Shown piece by piece: positions 44,955-54,462 of a stretch of 64,000 bases of DNA. Location of the stretch: assembly GCA_003452935.1 (NCBI GenBank), contig DMMY01000005.1, forward strand, positions 57,858-121,857, written 5' to 3'. The stretch is from Elusimicrobiota bacterium. GTDB taxonomy: Bacteria; Elusimicrobiota; Elusimicrobia; UBA1565; UBA9628. Positions within the stretch are counted from its first letter, which is position 1. Each line of letters opens with the position of its first letter. A model generated the notes under the pieces. The model did not search any database, was not told where the DNA came from, and saw only the letters and a program-made list of their open reading frames with translations. Both the position numbers and the translations under genes were made by a program.

Positions 44955-45883
44955 GAGAGCACTCCGGCCTGGCGCAGGCCCGCGAGCAGGTTGGCCGCGG
45001 CCTCGCGCTCCATGCGGCCGCGGCATTCCTTGGCCGCGGAGCCCATGTGAGCGGTCAAGACCGTGCTGGGAAGCTCCTTCAGCGGCCCGCCGTAGGGCTC
45101 CTGGTGGAAGGTGTCGATTCCGGCCCCGGAAAGCCGGCCCTGGCGCAGGGCCTCGGCCAAAGCGTCCTCGTCGACCAGGCCGCCGCGCGATGTGTTGATG
45201 AGCACGGCGCCGGGCCGCATCTGCGCCAGGGCCGCGGCGTCGATAAGGTGGCGGGTTTTCTCGCTTAAAGGCACGTGCAATGTGACGATGTGGCTGCTCT
45301 TGAGCAGTTCCGCGAAGGCCACCCGCCGCACGCCTTCGGCCTTGAATTCGCAGTCGTCGCAGGCCAGAACCGTGCAGCCGAAGCCGCGCAGGATGCGCGC
45401 CACGCGGCCGCCGATGCGTCCGTGGCCGACCACGCCCACGGTCTTGTCTCCCAAAAGCGCGCCCATGCAGGCTTCCCACTTGCCGCCCCGCACCCCGCGA
45501 TCCGACTCGGCGATGCGGCGCAGGACCGAGAGCATCAGGCCCACGGCCAGCTCGGCTACGGCCTGGCTGGGCGCCTCGGGCGTGTTGAAGACCAGGATGC
45601 CGCGCTGCTGCGCGGCCTTGAGGTCCACGTTGTTGAGTCCCGTGCCCACGCGGGAGATGACCTTGAGCCCCGGGACGCGGGAGAAGACTTCCTCGTTGAG
45701 GGGCTCGGTTCCGGCGATGAGCCCGCAGGCGCCTTGCAGCAGATCGATGCTTTCCGGTATCTGCAGGGTGCGGCCATGGGGGTTAAGGGTCCATTGGACC
45801 CCTGCGGCCTTGAGCTCTTCCAGGGGCGCGGGGTCGGCTTTCCCGAAGCTGCGCGTGGAGATGAGGACCTTTGGAGAAGACAT
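44951..45883 (-). CDS. D-isomer-specific 2-hydroxyacid dehydrogenase family protein (NAD-binding)
   Basis: KTVGVVGHGRIGGRVARIL (GxGxxG) and the catalytic region LINTSRGGLVDEDAL...GAGIDTFHQEP typical of PGDH/GHPR-type dehydrogenases. Confidence 0.85.
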   Translation of the reverse strand: MSSPKVLISTRSFGKADPAPLEELKAAGVQWTLNPHGRTLQIPESIDLLQGACGLIAGTEPLNEEVFSRVPGLKVISRVGTGLNNVDLKAAQQRGILVFNTPEAPSQAVAELAVGLMLSVLRRIAESDRGVRGGKWEACMGALLGDKTVGVVGHGRIGGRVARILRGFGCTVLACDDCEFKAEGVRRVAFAELLKSSHIVTLHVPLSEKTRHLIDAAALAQMRPGAVLINTSRGGLVDEDALAEALRQGRLSGAGIDTFHQEPYGGPLKELPSTVLTAHMGSAAKECRGRMEREAAANLLAGLRQAGVLS

Positions 45884-46626
45884 TATTCGCCTCCGGTGAC
45901 GGGCAGGATTTGGCCGGTGATGAAGCTGCCGGCTTGCGAGGCCAGATACAATGCGGCGCGGGCCACGTCCAGGGGCTCTCCGGCGCGGACCAGGGGAATG
46001 AGCGCGATGCGCTTGGCCATGTCCTTGGGAGCCTTGTCGTGGAAAGGGGTGAGGATTACGCCGGGGCGGATGGCGTTGACGAGAATGTTGTGCGCGGCCC
46101 CGGCCCGGGCAAAGGACAGGGTGAGGCTTTCCAGCGCGGCCTTGGCCGCGGCGTAGTGCGCGGAATTTGGAAAGCCCGCGAACTTGACGCCGATGGAGCT
46201 GATGTTGATGATGCGTCCGCCGCCGCGGCGCTTCATTATGGAGAAAGCGGCCTGGGAAAGGAGAAATGGAGCCTTGGCATGGAGCGCGAACGCCTCGTCA
46301 AAGGAACGCTCCGAGACCGCGTCCACCGGGGCTTGGCCAATGAGGGCTCCGGCGTTGTTGATCAGGATGTCGATATGGCCCAGGCGCCGGACGCAGTCAA
46401 CGATGAGCCGGCGGCAATCGGCGTTGCGGCGCAGATCAGCGCGCAGGGCCGCGTGCGGACCCGGAGCCGGGAGTTTTTTGAGCAAGGCGCGGGCCGCGGC
46501 CGCGCCCGCGTGATAGTGGAGCCCGATCTTGCAGCCGCGGGCCGCGAACTCCTGGGCCATGGCCGAGCCCAGGCCGCCCGAGGCGCCGGTGATGAGAACG
46601 ACCTTGCCCTTGAGGCCCTGGAACAT
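45883..46626 (-). CDS. Short-chain dehydrogenase/reductase (classical SDR; 3-oxoacyl reductase-like)
   Basis: GKVVLITGASGGLGSAMA (TGxxxGxG), NNAG, and YAAAKAALESL (YxxxK). Confidence 0.9.
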   Translation of the reverse strand: MFQGLKGKVVLITGASGGLGSAMAQEFAARGCKIGLHYHAGAAAARALLKKLPAPGPHAALRADLRRNADCRRLIVDCVRRLGHIDILINNAGALIGQAPVDAVSERSFDEAFALHAKAPFLLSQAAFSIMKRRGGGRIINISSIGVKFAGFPNSAHYAAAKAALESLTLSFARAGAAHNILVNAIRPGVILTPFHDKAPKDMAKRIALIPLVRAGEPLDVARAALYLASQAGSFITGQILPVTGGE

Positions 46627-47388
46627 TCAGCTTCCCTTTTCCGCGCCGGCCTCGACGTAGCCGTGCCGGCGCAGCCACAGCTCGACACCGGGCATCTGCC
46701 AGTCGTAGTCCACGTCGCAGCCGCCCCATTGCTTGAGCGGGAATATCCGGCGGCCCATCCATTTCTGCGGCAGGAGCCCGTTCTTGAGGTTTTCCAGGCA
46801 CTGCGGCCGCACGATGGAAACGCCCATGTCCGCGAACCAGACGTCGCCCTGGGAGTCTCGGTCGCAGTTGAGCGTGTTGGGATCGCCGAAGGTCCGAAAA
46901 GGCACGAAGGGTTCGAGCAGTCCCTCGGAGGTCTCGCGCCGCGCGCGCAAGGGGCTCCACATGTTGTAGCGCGACACGCTCACGGCCGAGTCTATATTGG
47001 GATTGGCGCGCAGGGCCGCGATGCCCTGGTCGATGAGTTCCCCGGTGACCGTGGGCGCGTTGCAGAACAGCAGGACCAGGAGCTCGAGCTCCTGGTTTTC
47101 CCGGCGCAGCTCGTCGCGGATGACGCGGTAGCCGTGGGCGAAAGCGTCCTCGCCCAAGGCCTGCGGGGTGCAGAGCTCGGCCGGGCGTTCGATGATCCGG
47201 GCTCCGTATTGCGCGGCCACGGCCTTGATGCCCGGAGAATCGGTGGAGACGTAGGACCTCGCCACGTGCCGGGACGCCTTGGCCGCGAGCAGGGGGTAGG
47301 CCATCATGGGACGGCCCAGGACCAGCGTGGTGTTCTTGCCGGGAAAGCCCCGGCTGCCGTCCCGGCCCAGCAATAAGGCGCAGATCAT
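46627..47388 (-). CDS. Acylneuraminate (CMP-nonulosonic/ulosonic acid) cytidylyltransferase-family protein (CTP_transf_3)
   Basis: N-terminal ICALLLGRDGSRGFPGKNTTLVLGRPMMAYPLLAA, the conserved start of NeuA/KdsB-like cytidylyltransferases; 253 aa. Confidence 0.75.
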   Translation of the reverse strand: MICALLLGRDGSRGFPGKNTTLVLGRPMMAYPLLAAKASRHVARSYVSTDSPGIKAVAAQYGARIIERPAELCTPQALGEDAFAHGYRVIRDELRRENQELELLVLLFCNAPTVTGELIDQGIAALRANPNIDSAVSVSRYNMWSPLRARRETSEGLLEPFVPFRTFGDPNTLNCDRDSQGDVWFADMGVSIVRPQCLENLKNGLLPQKWMGRRIFPLKQWGGCDVDYDWQMPGVELWLRRHGYVEAGAEKGS

Positions 47389-48404
47389 GGCGTATGGCCT
47401 CCGTTTTTGGCGCGTTTTTCGAGTTCCATGGCCCGATAGGAGCAGCGATCGCAGGCCGGCAGCTCGTGCGCCCGCCCGTCCCTGTGCAAATTACGGATCT
47501 CTTGGGCCCGGCCGCCGGTCCAGGCCTCGCTGATGGTCATTTGGGCCGCGTTGCCCAGGGCCATGAGGCTGAAATCGGAAACCCCGTGCATGAGGCAGGG
47601 CAGGATGGTTCCGTCCCAAAGGATGGTCATGCGCTGCCAGGGAAAAGGGCAGGCCCACTGCGCGCGACGGCCCCGGTGGTCGTCCTGGGGGCCTTCTCGC
47701 CGCGCGTCGAGATAAGCGACCTCGTCGGCATGGGCCTGCCACATGGCCATGAAGTCCTGGAATCGGGGCTTGAGCTCGGGCAAAAGCACGGTCTGTATCC
47801 GGATCTGGGGGTGGCTGGCCTGGCGCCTGGCCCGGATTCCCTTGAGCGCGCGGATGTTGGCGCAGACCTTGTCGAAGTCCGCGCCTACGCGCTGGCGCTC
47901 ATAGACTTCTTTGGTCGTGCCTTCGAAGGAAATCGATATTCGGTCCAGGCCCGCGTCGATGAGGCGGTTGAACTTGTCCGCGTCAAGCAGGGTCGCGTTG
48001 GTGTTGAAATACACGTCGAGTATTCCCCGCTTCTTGGCGTAGGCCACCATCTCGTCGAGCTTGGGGTGCAGGAGCGGCTCGCCGCGCAAGCTCAGCTTGA
48101 TCGCGGGCAGGCCGTGCTCCGCGCCCTCGTCGATGATGCGCTTGAAGAGTTCCAAGCGCATGTAGCCCGCGGCCTTGGGGCCCCAGTTGGCCTGGGTCGT
48201 GGCGCAGAAAGGGCAGCGCAGATTGCAGGCGCAGGTGGACTCCAGGTCGAGGTTCAGCGGAAAGTCCGCGACGTGGAATTTGCCGGGATTTTCCATCCAC
48301 TGGCGACGATACTCCTGGAAACGGTCCTCGGCCCGGCGGCGGTCGAAGACCGAGGTCTTGGTCAGGGAATGGAAGTTGCTGTTGGCTGATGTGGAGGCTT
48401 TCAT
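47385..48404 (-). CDS. Radical SAM/SPASM-domain protein
   Basis: Radical SAM cluster CACNLRCPFCAT, plus a C-terminal Cys-rich auxiliary-cluster region (ACPFPWQRM...CLMHG...CDRCSY) consistent with a SPASM/twitch domain. Confidence 0.8.
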   Translation of the reverse strand: MKASTSANSNFHSLTKTSVFDRRRAEDRFQEYRRQWMENPGKFHVADFPLNLDLESTCACNLRCPFCATTQANWGPKAAGYMRLELFKRIIDEGAEHGLPAIKLSLRGEPLLHPKLDEMVAYAKKRGILDVYFNTNATLLDADKFNRLIDAGLDRISISFEGTTKEVYERQRVGADFDKVCANIRALKGIRARRQASHPQIRIQTVLLPELKPRFQDFMAMWQAHADEVAYLDARREGPQDDHRGRRAQWACPFPWQRMTILWDGTILPCLMHGVSDFSLMALGNAAQMTISEAWTGGRAQEIRNLHRDGRAHELPACDRCSYRAMELEKRAKNGGHTP

Positions 48405-48444
48405 GGCATTGCCGGCGGCGCAGGGTTGACTACGATAATCGTCA

Positions 48445-48453
48445 TTATAGCAA
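48445..48453 (-). promoter_or_regulatory. Candidate internal extended -10 promoter (TGcTATAAT on the minus strand) upstream of the SPASM rSAM gene
   Basis: In the 63-bp gap 48405-48467 the minus strand reads ggttTTGcTATAATgacgattatcgtag, a perfect TGnTATAAT. A small inverted repeat ATAATcgtcATTAT overlaps it. Confidence 0.3.
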
Positions 48454-48467
48454 AACCTTTTTTGGGC

Positions 48468-49976
48468 TCACACGATCCTCTTGATCAGGCGCTTGACCGG
48501 GGCCGGAACCAGGCGGCGCAGATTCCCGGGCACCAAGCCCGACGCCTTGTAGGCCAGCATTGCCAGCACATAGCGCGGCAGGCCGGCCTTGCGCCGGCTG
48601 CGCAAGTCCACTTCCCGCTGGATGAGGAAGCACCAATTTGCCCATTCCCGATCCGGAGCCGCGGTGAGGTTGAGCAATGGGCCGCCTCCGCAGTCGGCGA
48701 CCTCATCGAGATAGGATTCCACGTCCTTGACCAGCCCCCGTTCCTCGATGGTTTTCCAGACCGGGGTCTCGGGCAAGGCTATGAGGTAATTGACCGAGAC
48801 TTGCGGGGCGCTGATTTCTTCCAAGAAACGGATAGTCTCGGAGATTGTTTCCCGGGTCTCGGCCGGAGCGCCTATGACAATTTGAATCGGCGCGTGGAGG
48901 CCGATTCTGCGGGCCAGCAGGGTCATATCTCGGTTTTGGGCGGCCGTGGCGCCCTTGCAGAATTGGCGTAAGACTTGGTCGGAGCCGGATTCGTGGCCGA
49001 ATCCTATTTCCAGGCAGCCGGTGTCGCGCAAACGGGACAATAGAGCCTCGTCGACCTTGTCCACGCGGGCTCCGGCCACGATGTAGAAAAGGCCGGGCAT
49101 TTCGCGCTCCAGGGCGGAGCAGAAATCCCGCACCCATTGCGTGTCCGAGTTGAAGAGTTCGTCGCTGACCAGGAAGCCCTGGAAGCCGTAGCGTTCCTTG
49201 AGCAGGCGCATGTGCGCCAGGACGTAGCCCACGCTGTGCCGGCGCACGCCCTTGACGTGGCGGTAGCAGAACAGGCAGCGGTGCGTGCAGCCCCGGGACG
49301 TGATGATGGGAATGTAGCGGTCCCCGTGCCGGGTCAGTTTCGCGGCGCGTTCGGCCAGGCCGGGAATCTCTTTAATAGCCTGGCCGTAGGAACCAGACCA
49401 GTCCGCAAGGCTGCGTCCGTAGGCCGCGACGTCGATGAGATGGTAGGCTGGCAAGGGGATGGAGTCGAGGTTTTCGATCTGGGGCGGCGGCGCATTGCGC
49501 TGCGCCTTGCCGTCCTTAAGCCAGGATATTCCCGGCACCTCGGTCCAGCTTTGTCCTTGGCTGACGCGCTCAAGGAATAAGGGCAGGCTTGTCTCGGTCT
49601 CGCCGTGAAAGACCGCGTCCAAGCCGGCTTGCTCCAGAAGCCAGGGAGCGGTCGAGGCCAAAGGGCCTCCGGCCACGTGGATGATCCCCGGGAACTTCTC
49701 GCGCAAATGGCGGCTCAAGCGCTTGGCCCGGCCGTAGGACGTGGCGATGCCGCCATAGCCTATGACCCGGGGACGCAGTTCCTCGACGGCCCGGTCGATT
49801 TCTTTGAAGTCGCCCCCATCGAAGCGCTCCAGCTCGCGGTCGTTGAGATAGGGGTCGATGATGCGCGCCTGATGGCCGCAGCGCTCCATGATGGCGCCGG
49901 CGTAGAGCAGTCCCATGGGCACCGAGAATCCGCCCGAGCCGCGGCGCGAGGGCGCGTTGACGAGGAGAATGTTCAC
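48468..49976 (-). CDS. Cobalamin (B12)-binding-domain radical SAM enzyme (class B)
   Basis: N-terminal MNILLVNAPS...GHQARIIDPY...VIGYGGIATS (B12-binding-like). The radical SAM motif is TSRGCTHRCLFCYR. 502 aa. Confidence 0.8.
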   Translation of the reverse strand: MNILLVNAPSRRGSGGFSVPMGLLYAGAIMERCGHQARIIDPYLNDRELERFDGGDFKEIDRAVEELRPRVIGYGGIATSYGRAKRLSRHLREKFPGIIHVAGGPLASTAPWLLEQAGLDAVFHGETETSLPLFLERVSQGQSWTEVPGISWLKDGKAQRNAPPPQIENLDSIPLPAYHLIDVAAYGRSLADWSGSYGQAIKEIPGLAERAAKLTRHGDRYIPIITSRGCTHRCLFCYRHVKGVRRHSVGYVLAHMRLLKERYGFQGFLVSDELFNSDTQWVRDFCSALEREMPGLFYIVAGARVDKVDEALLSRLRDTGCLEIGFGHESGSDQVLRQFCKGATAAQNRDMTLLARRIGLHAPIQIVIGAPAETRETISETIRFLEEISAPQVSVNYLIALPETPVWKTIEERGLVKDVESYLDEVADCGGGPLLNLTAAPDREWANWCFLIQREVDLRSRRKAGLPRYVLAMLAYKASGLVPGNLRRLVPAPVKRLIKRIV

Positions 49977-51484
49977 GCGCGCCGCTCCAGGCCCAGGAGC
50001 TTGTGGACTTCGGCGCGCTCTTCAGGGGAAAGCATGAGGAAGTAGTAGGCTGAGAGAGCCAGGCCGTAGGCCGCGGCCATCTCAGCCAAGGTCGCGATCA
50101 GGTTCGCGGGATAAGCGAAACGAAAAGCCAGGCCGCAAAACCCGGCCGCCAACGCGTAGAGCGGCAAATTGGGCCGCACCGAGCGGTTGAAGAACTCGGA
50201 GAACGGAACGGCCAGGCTGCGCAAGGACAGGCGCATGACCAGCGGGAAGCCGACGAGCACCATGGAGGCGCTCAGGCCCACGGCCATGGCCGTGACCCCA
50301 AGGGGACGGATCAGGGATACGCCGATGACCATGTTGGCCGCGGCCACGGCCGCGCTGATGAACATGGGCTCGCGCACGATTCCCTTGGCCGAGAGCATGG
50401 ACCCCGCCAACTCGCTGGTGCCGTTGAATAGCCAGAAGAAGATGATGATGCGCGCGGGCAGAACGCTCTCCTCGAATCCGGGTCCCATCCAGGTCAGGAT
50501 GAAGGGCTTGACGAAGAAGAGCATGATGACCACCACGGGCACGAACATGGCGCTCATGAGCTTGGTCCCGGTGAAGAGCAGGCGGCGCTGGCCCGCGAAG
50601 TCGCCCTGGCCTTCCATCTGGGAGGCGATGGTCCAGGGCGGGCCGCCGAGCGAGCCGTTGATGGTGCGGAATATGCTCTGCACGTTGAAGGCGATGGCGT
50701 AGACCGTGACCGCGGAGAGGGAAAGGAAGTGGCCGATGATCAGATTGTGGACCTGGAAGAGGAAGATGTTGATCAGCGCGCTTATGAATATGTACATGCT
50801 GAAGCTGAAGATGAGCCGGTAGGTGTCCATGTCGAGGCACGGAAAACGGAGCCGGAACCGAGCCCGGCCGCGGGAGACCAGGAAGAGCGCGAGGTTGCCC
50901 AGAATGGTCAGGGATTGCGACAAAAGCAGCAGTTCCACGATGCCGCGGCCGCTCTTGAGCAGCATGACCGCGCCCAGGGCGTTGGCGAGCTGGGCGATGA
51001 TGTTGACGAGGGAATCCGCGCCCCAGAGCTGCAGGCCTTGGGCCACGCCGCGGAAAGTGCTCGAAGGCCACATGAGCACGGCCGTGGCCGCGGCTACGAG
51101 GAAGAGCCGGCGCACGATCTCGCGGTTCTCCGCCCCGACCTGGAAGAAGTCCGTGAACCAATGGCCGCAGGCGAGCATCATCAGGGAGATGGCGATTCCC
51201 ACCAGGACGTAGAAAGAAAACGACGCGCTGATGATTCGGTCGACCCGGTCCTGGTCCCCCTTGCCCGTGTATTCGGCCACGTACTTGGTCAGGGCCGACA
51301 TGATCTTGAAGTCGAGCAGGCCCAGGTAGCCGGTCACGGTCAGGACGATGGTGTAGACTCCGTAGACGTCCTTGCCCACGTGGCGGACGATGAAGGGCAG
51401 GATGGCCAAATTGACCAGGACGGTCACGGCCCGGTTCATGGCCGTCAGGCGCATGTTGGCTCCGATGAGGCGTATCCGGGACAT
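49973..51484 (-). CDS. Wzx-type polysaccharide biosynthesis/export flippase (MOP superfamily, ~12-14 TM)
   Basis: The real start is MSRIRLIGANMRLTAMNRAVTVLVNLAILPFIVRHVGKDVYGVYTIVLT, the characteristic Polysacc_synt N-terminus. The ~227 upstream codons of the track ORF overlap the next gene in another frame and are artefact. Confidence 0.8.
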   Translation of the reverse strand: MSRIRLIGANMRLTAMNRAVTVLVNLAILPFIVRHVGKDVYGVYTIVLTVTGYLGLLDFKIMSALTKYVAEYTGKGDQDRVDRIISASFSFYVLVGIAISLMMLACGHWFTDFFQVGAENREIVRRLFLVAAATAVLMWPSSTFRGVAQGLQLWGADSLVNIIAQLANALGAVMLLKSGRGIVELLLLSQSLTILGNLALFLVSRGRARFRLRFPCLDMDTYRLIFSFSMYIFISALINIFLFQVHNLIIGHFLSLSAVTVYAIAFNVQSIFRTINGSLGGPPWTIASQMEGQGDFAGQRRLLFTGTKLMSAMFVPVVVIMLFFVKPFILTWMGPGFEESVLPARIIIFFWLFNGTSELAGSMLSAKGIVREPMFISAAVAAANMVIGVSLIRPLGVTAMAVGLSASMVLVGFPLVMRLSLRSLAVPFSEFFNRSVRPNLPLYALAAGFCGLAFRFAYPANLIATLAEMAAAYGLALSAYYFLMLSPEERAEVHKLLGLERRA

Positions 51485-51486
51485 GC

Positions 51487-53226
51487 CTAGGCTCCCAACT
51501 CCCGGCGCAAGGTCTCGGTCCAGACCCTTGGCCAGTCCGCCGAGGTGCGGGCGTAGCGCTCGACAAAGGCGGCGCGCGCGGCCCGGGTCTTGGGCTGTTG
51601 CCACCAAGCCTCGGGATCGTCCCATATCCGCAGCGCGTGGCGCGCCGCTGACTCGGGGTCCGGATGCACGACGCCCGCCTCGCGCAGAGCCTCGAAATAG
51701 GGCCGCGCTTCTTCGCGGCTTTCCCAAAGGCTGTCCTGCCAGAAGTGCACGCTGGGCTTGTCCAAGGCCAGTATCTCGGAGAAAGGCGTGCCGGGATAGT
51801 CCGTGACAGCCAGGCGCGTCGTTGAGAGACGTTGGCGCAGCGGAACCGAGGCTTGGTCGCGGCGCAGGTTCGGGAAGCGCCGGCTTAGACGCTGACGCAG
51901 GCCCCAGCCGTAGTCGTGAGGATAGGGCCGCAAGCAGGCCTGGCTGATCCGCGGGCCCAAGCCGGCCAGGAACCGCTCCAGCCACGAGAAATATTCTTCC
52001 CATTGCCAGCCCAGTGGGTGGGGAAAAAGGTGGTGCGCGTTGCGCACGTTCTCGACGGAGAAAATCAGGACGTCCTCGCCGCTGGACCGGGCCGGACTGG
52101 CGCCGGAGGATAATCGCGGGACCGGCAAGTCTTGGGCCCGGTTGTCTTGCGCCGAGGCGGACCAACCCCAGGTGAAAAACCGGTCGCAGACCTCGCGCTC
52201 GTGTCTTTCAGCCAGAGAATATTTCGCCGTTCCATATTGCCCGCCATGCTGAAGTCCCCAGAGCCGCGCGCCCCGTTCCACCCATTCCGCGGCCGCCAGC
52301 TTGAAGGTCTCATTGTAATAGAGCCCGGTGCTGGCCATGACGGCGCGCGGTACGTGGGAACTTTGACCCAAAGATGACTGCCGCGCCGCGGCAAAGCCTT
52401 CCAGCAAGATCGTCGGCAGAGCCCAAGGCAGGGAGCTGACGAGCAGCCGCTCGAACTCGTCTCGGGTCTTAAGTCCGCCCAGGCCCTGGTGGCGGGAGTC
52501 GTCGACAGGCGCCGCGCGCTGGGGGAAGCTGCCGGAAACCAGCAAAGGCAGGGCCTGGCCGCGCATCTTTTGGACCAATCGCCAAAGCAGGCGGCGGCCC
52601 GCGGGGTAGAGGTCGTCGGAAACTATTTTAGGCCTCAAAAGCGAGATCGCGCATCGGCTGGCAAATCCCAAAATGCGGTCGCTGGGATTGCGGGGCGGGA
52701 GCTTAGGCGTCGGAGGGGGCGCGTGCCTGCGAGCCGGGAAGTCCCGGCCCAGGAATCGGAATATGTGGGAGTAGAGCTGGAGATTGCAATGGTCCGTGTG
52801 GTAGAAGCGGTGGAAATCAGCCGCGTCGCGCGGGATGTAGAAGTCCTCAACGGCCAGGACCAAAGATCTTGCGTCCGGGTATTCCTTTAGAGCTTCCACG
52901 ATCTGGGTGTAGCGGTCAAAGAGCTGGTGCGTGTAATAGAGCAGCCAAGGGCCGGCGAGTATGCGCCAGTAGCGCGGGCTTAGCGCAACGCCATGAACCG
53001 CGTTGAGATAGTCGGCGAGCTTGGCCAAAAGTTCAGGCTGAAGATCGCCGCAATAGGCCGCGGCGCGCTCCAGGCGGGCTCTGTCGTCCCAGACATTGCC
53101 CAGCCGGCGGGAGCGGACGTCGGCGAGCCAGTCCGGATCATCGTAGCGGACGCACCAAGGGCCCAAGAGAAGCACCTCGTCTTGGGTGTCCCAGAACTCC
53201 TTGAGCGCCGTGGTGGCCAGGAACAA
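51487..53226 (-). CDS. Hypothetical protein (~580 aa) of a family seen in nonulosonic-acid/O-antigen loci; putative transferase
   Basis: Coding-like from LFLATTALKEFWDTQDEVLLLGPWC onward. A TTG about 10 nt downstream of an AGAAGGAGA Shine-Dalgarno is the likely start. The first ~84 track codons are Arg/Ser-rich and overlap the upstream gene. No catalytic motif is recognised. Confidence 0.4.
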   Translation of the reverse strand: MFLATTALKEFWDTQDEVLLLGPWCVRYDDPDWLADVRSRRLGNVWDDRARLERAAAYCGDLQPELLAKLADYLNAVHGVALSPRYWRILAGPWLLYYTHQLFDRYTQIVEALKEYPDARSLVLAVEDFYIPRDAADFHRFYHTDHCNLQLYSHIFRFLGRDFPARRHAPPPTPKLPPRNPSDRILGFASRCAISLLRPKIVSDDLYPAGRRLLWRLVQKMRGQALPLLVSGSFPQRAAPVDDSRHQGLGGLKTRDEFERLLVSSLPWALPTILLEGFAAARQSSLGQSSHVPRAVMASTGLYYNETFKLAAAEWVERGARLWGLQHGGQYGTAKYSLAERHEREVCDRFFTWGWSASAQDNRAQDLPVPRLSSGASPARSSGEDVLIFSVENVRNAHHLFPHPLGWQWEEYFSWLERFLAGLGPRISQACLRPYPHDYGWGLRQRLSRRFPNLRRDQASVPLRQRLSTTRLAVTDYPGTPFSEILALDKPSVHFWQDSLWESREEARPYFEALREAGVVHPDPESAARHALRIWDDPEAWWQQPKTRAARAAFVERYARTSADWPRVWTETLRRELGA

Positions 53227-53230
53227 AGAG

Positions 53231-53965
53231 CTATTTCTCCTTCTGGGGGACTCCGGCGTTGAGCGCGGAGAGTTCTGGATGCGCGCGCGCGTAAGCCAGG
53301 ACTTCCCGATAGGGCAGTATTTTGCGGTCCAGGCCCAGCTCAAGGTAGATCCGGCGGACCATGGCGAGGTCTTCCGGGGTGTCCACGGTCCAGCGCAAAT
53401 CCGAGTTGTCCTGCGCGTCGACGACGGAACAGGTCTTGAACAGCTCGGGCCTCTCCTTGAGCAGGAAATAGGTGACATGCTCGCGCGCCGGGGCGGAAGA
53501 GGCGAGAGAGTTCATGCGCTCGAGGGCCTCGCGGGTGAAGGCCTCGGCGTCAAGGCCGCGCGGAAACGTCCTGGGCAGGATATTGGAGGCGTAGTCGCAA
53601 GTTCCAGCGCTGTCTTCCAGAGCCTGGATGACGCGGTCGGTTTGCTCCGAGTCGATGAGGGGGCAGTCCGAGGTCACGCGGACCACGATGTCGGCGCAGG
53701 CTTCCCGCGCAGCCAAGGCGTAGCGGCTCAGGACGTCCGTTTCGCTGCCGCGAAAGGCCTGAGCGCCTTCGGCGCGGGCGATATCCGCGACCGGATCGTC
53801 GCTGGAATTGGTGGTGGTGGCCACCACGAGAGCGTCGGCCCGGCGGCAGTCGCGTAATCGGCGCAGCTGCTGGGCCAGCATGGGGCGGCCGGCCAAATCC
53901 ATGAGGACCTTGCCGGGCAGGCGCGTGGACGTCATGCGGGCCTGGACGATGATGACGCGCTTCAT
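53231..53965 (-). CDS. Cytidylyltransferase-family protein (SpsF/PseF-like, CTP_transf_3)
   Basis: N-terminal MKRVIIVQARMTSTRLPGKVLMDLAGRPML is the SpsF/FlmC-type signature; 244 aa. Confidence 0.75.
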   Translation of the reverse strand: MKRVIIVQARMTSTRLPGKVLMDLAGRPMLAQQLRRLRDCRRADALVVATTTNSSDDPVADIARAEGAQAFRGSETDVLSRYALAAREACADIVVRVTSDCPLIDSEQTDRVIQALEDSAGTCDYASNILPRTFPRGLDAEAFTREALERMNSLASSAPAREHVTYFLLKERPELFKTCSVVDAQDNSDLRWTVDTPEDLAMVRRIYLELGLDRKILPYREVLAYARAHPELSALNAGVPQKEK

Positions 53966-54462
53966 GAGGGCCGTTCTGGAGCCAGCTTAAGTTCGAGCCG
54001 GTACGCGACCGTTCCTTTGATTCGAACCAGCTTTTGAAATTGGAAGCCGGCCTTTATGAAAACAACGACAGAGGCGATATTCTCCGGCTTGATATGGGCG
54101 ACAAGGCGGCGCAGGCGTCTTCCTTTGATGAGGGAGGGAATGCGCTTGAGCATGGCGCCTGCAACGCCTTGGCCTCTGCAGGATGGCGCCACCGTGATGC
54201 TGACCTCGGCGACGCCGGCCGCGGCATGATCCAGGCGCAATTGGCCCAGGCTGTCGCCTTCAGGGCCGCAGGCCATGAGGATCAGGCTGCGCGGATCATC
54301 AAGTTTGGCCGCGAACCAGCGTTGATGGACCGGCCAGGAAATCCGCCCCGGGGTCAAGGAGTGGCGGCGGCTCAACGCGTCATTGCGCCAGGCCCAAATC
54401 GAGCGGCTGTCGCTTTCCTCGGCCGGACGCCAGTTGCGAAAAATATTGGGCTTAGCGCACAT
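53962..54462 (-). CDS. GNAT-family N-acetyltransferase (PseH-like candidate)
   Basis: 166 aa with an acetyl-CoA binding motif RGQGVAGAMLKRIPSLIKG (R/Q-x-x-G-x-G/A). Sits between the NeuB-like synthase and the cytidylyltransferase, as in Pse loci. Confidence 0.65.
   Translation of the reverse strand: MCAKPNIFRNWRPAEESDSRSIWAWRNDALSRRHSLTPGRISWPVHQRWFAAKLDDPRSLILMACGPEGDSLGQLRLDHAAAGVAEVSITVAPSCRGQGVAGAMLKRIPSLIKGRRLRRLVAHIKPENIASVVVFIKAGFQFQKLVRIKGTVAYRLELKLAPERPS

Noticed and set aside
43411-53478. N-terminal extensions of track ORFs 43411..44724, 44058..45479, 33426..34673, 49973..52165 and 51487..53478
   Set aside because: The first 85-230 codons of each are Arg/Pro/Gly/His-rich, have no homology-like features, and overlap the upstream gene in a different frame. 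Each contains an internal start with a canonical family N-terminus (MKFPQSVFFDCDGV, MKKAVVFGGSGFLG, MTFLITGGRGF, MSRIRLIGANMRL, LFLATTALKEFW). Those starts create the 4-nt stop/start overlaps typical of this operon. The genes are kept with these starts.
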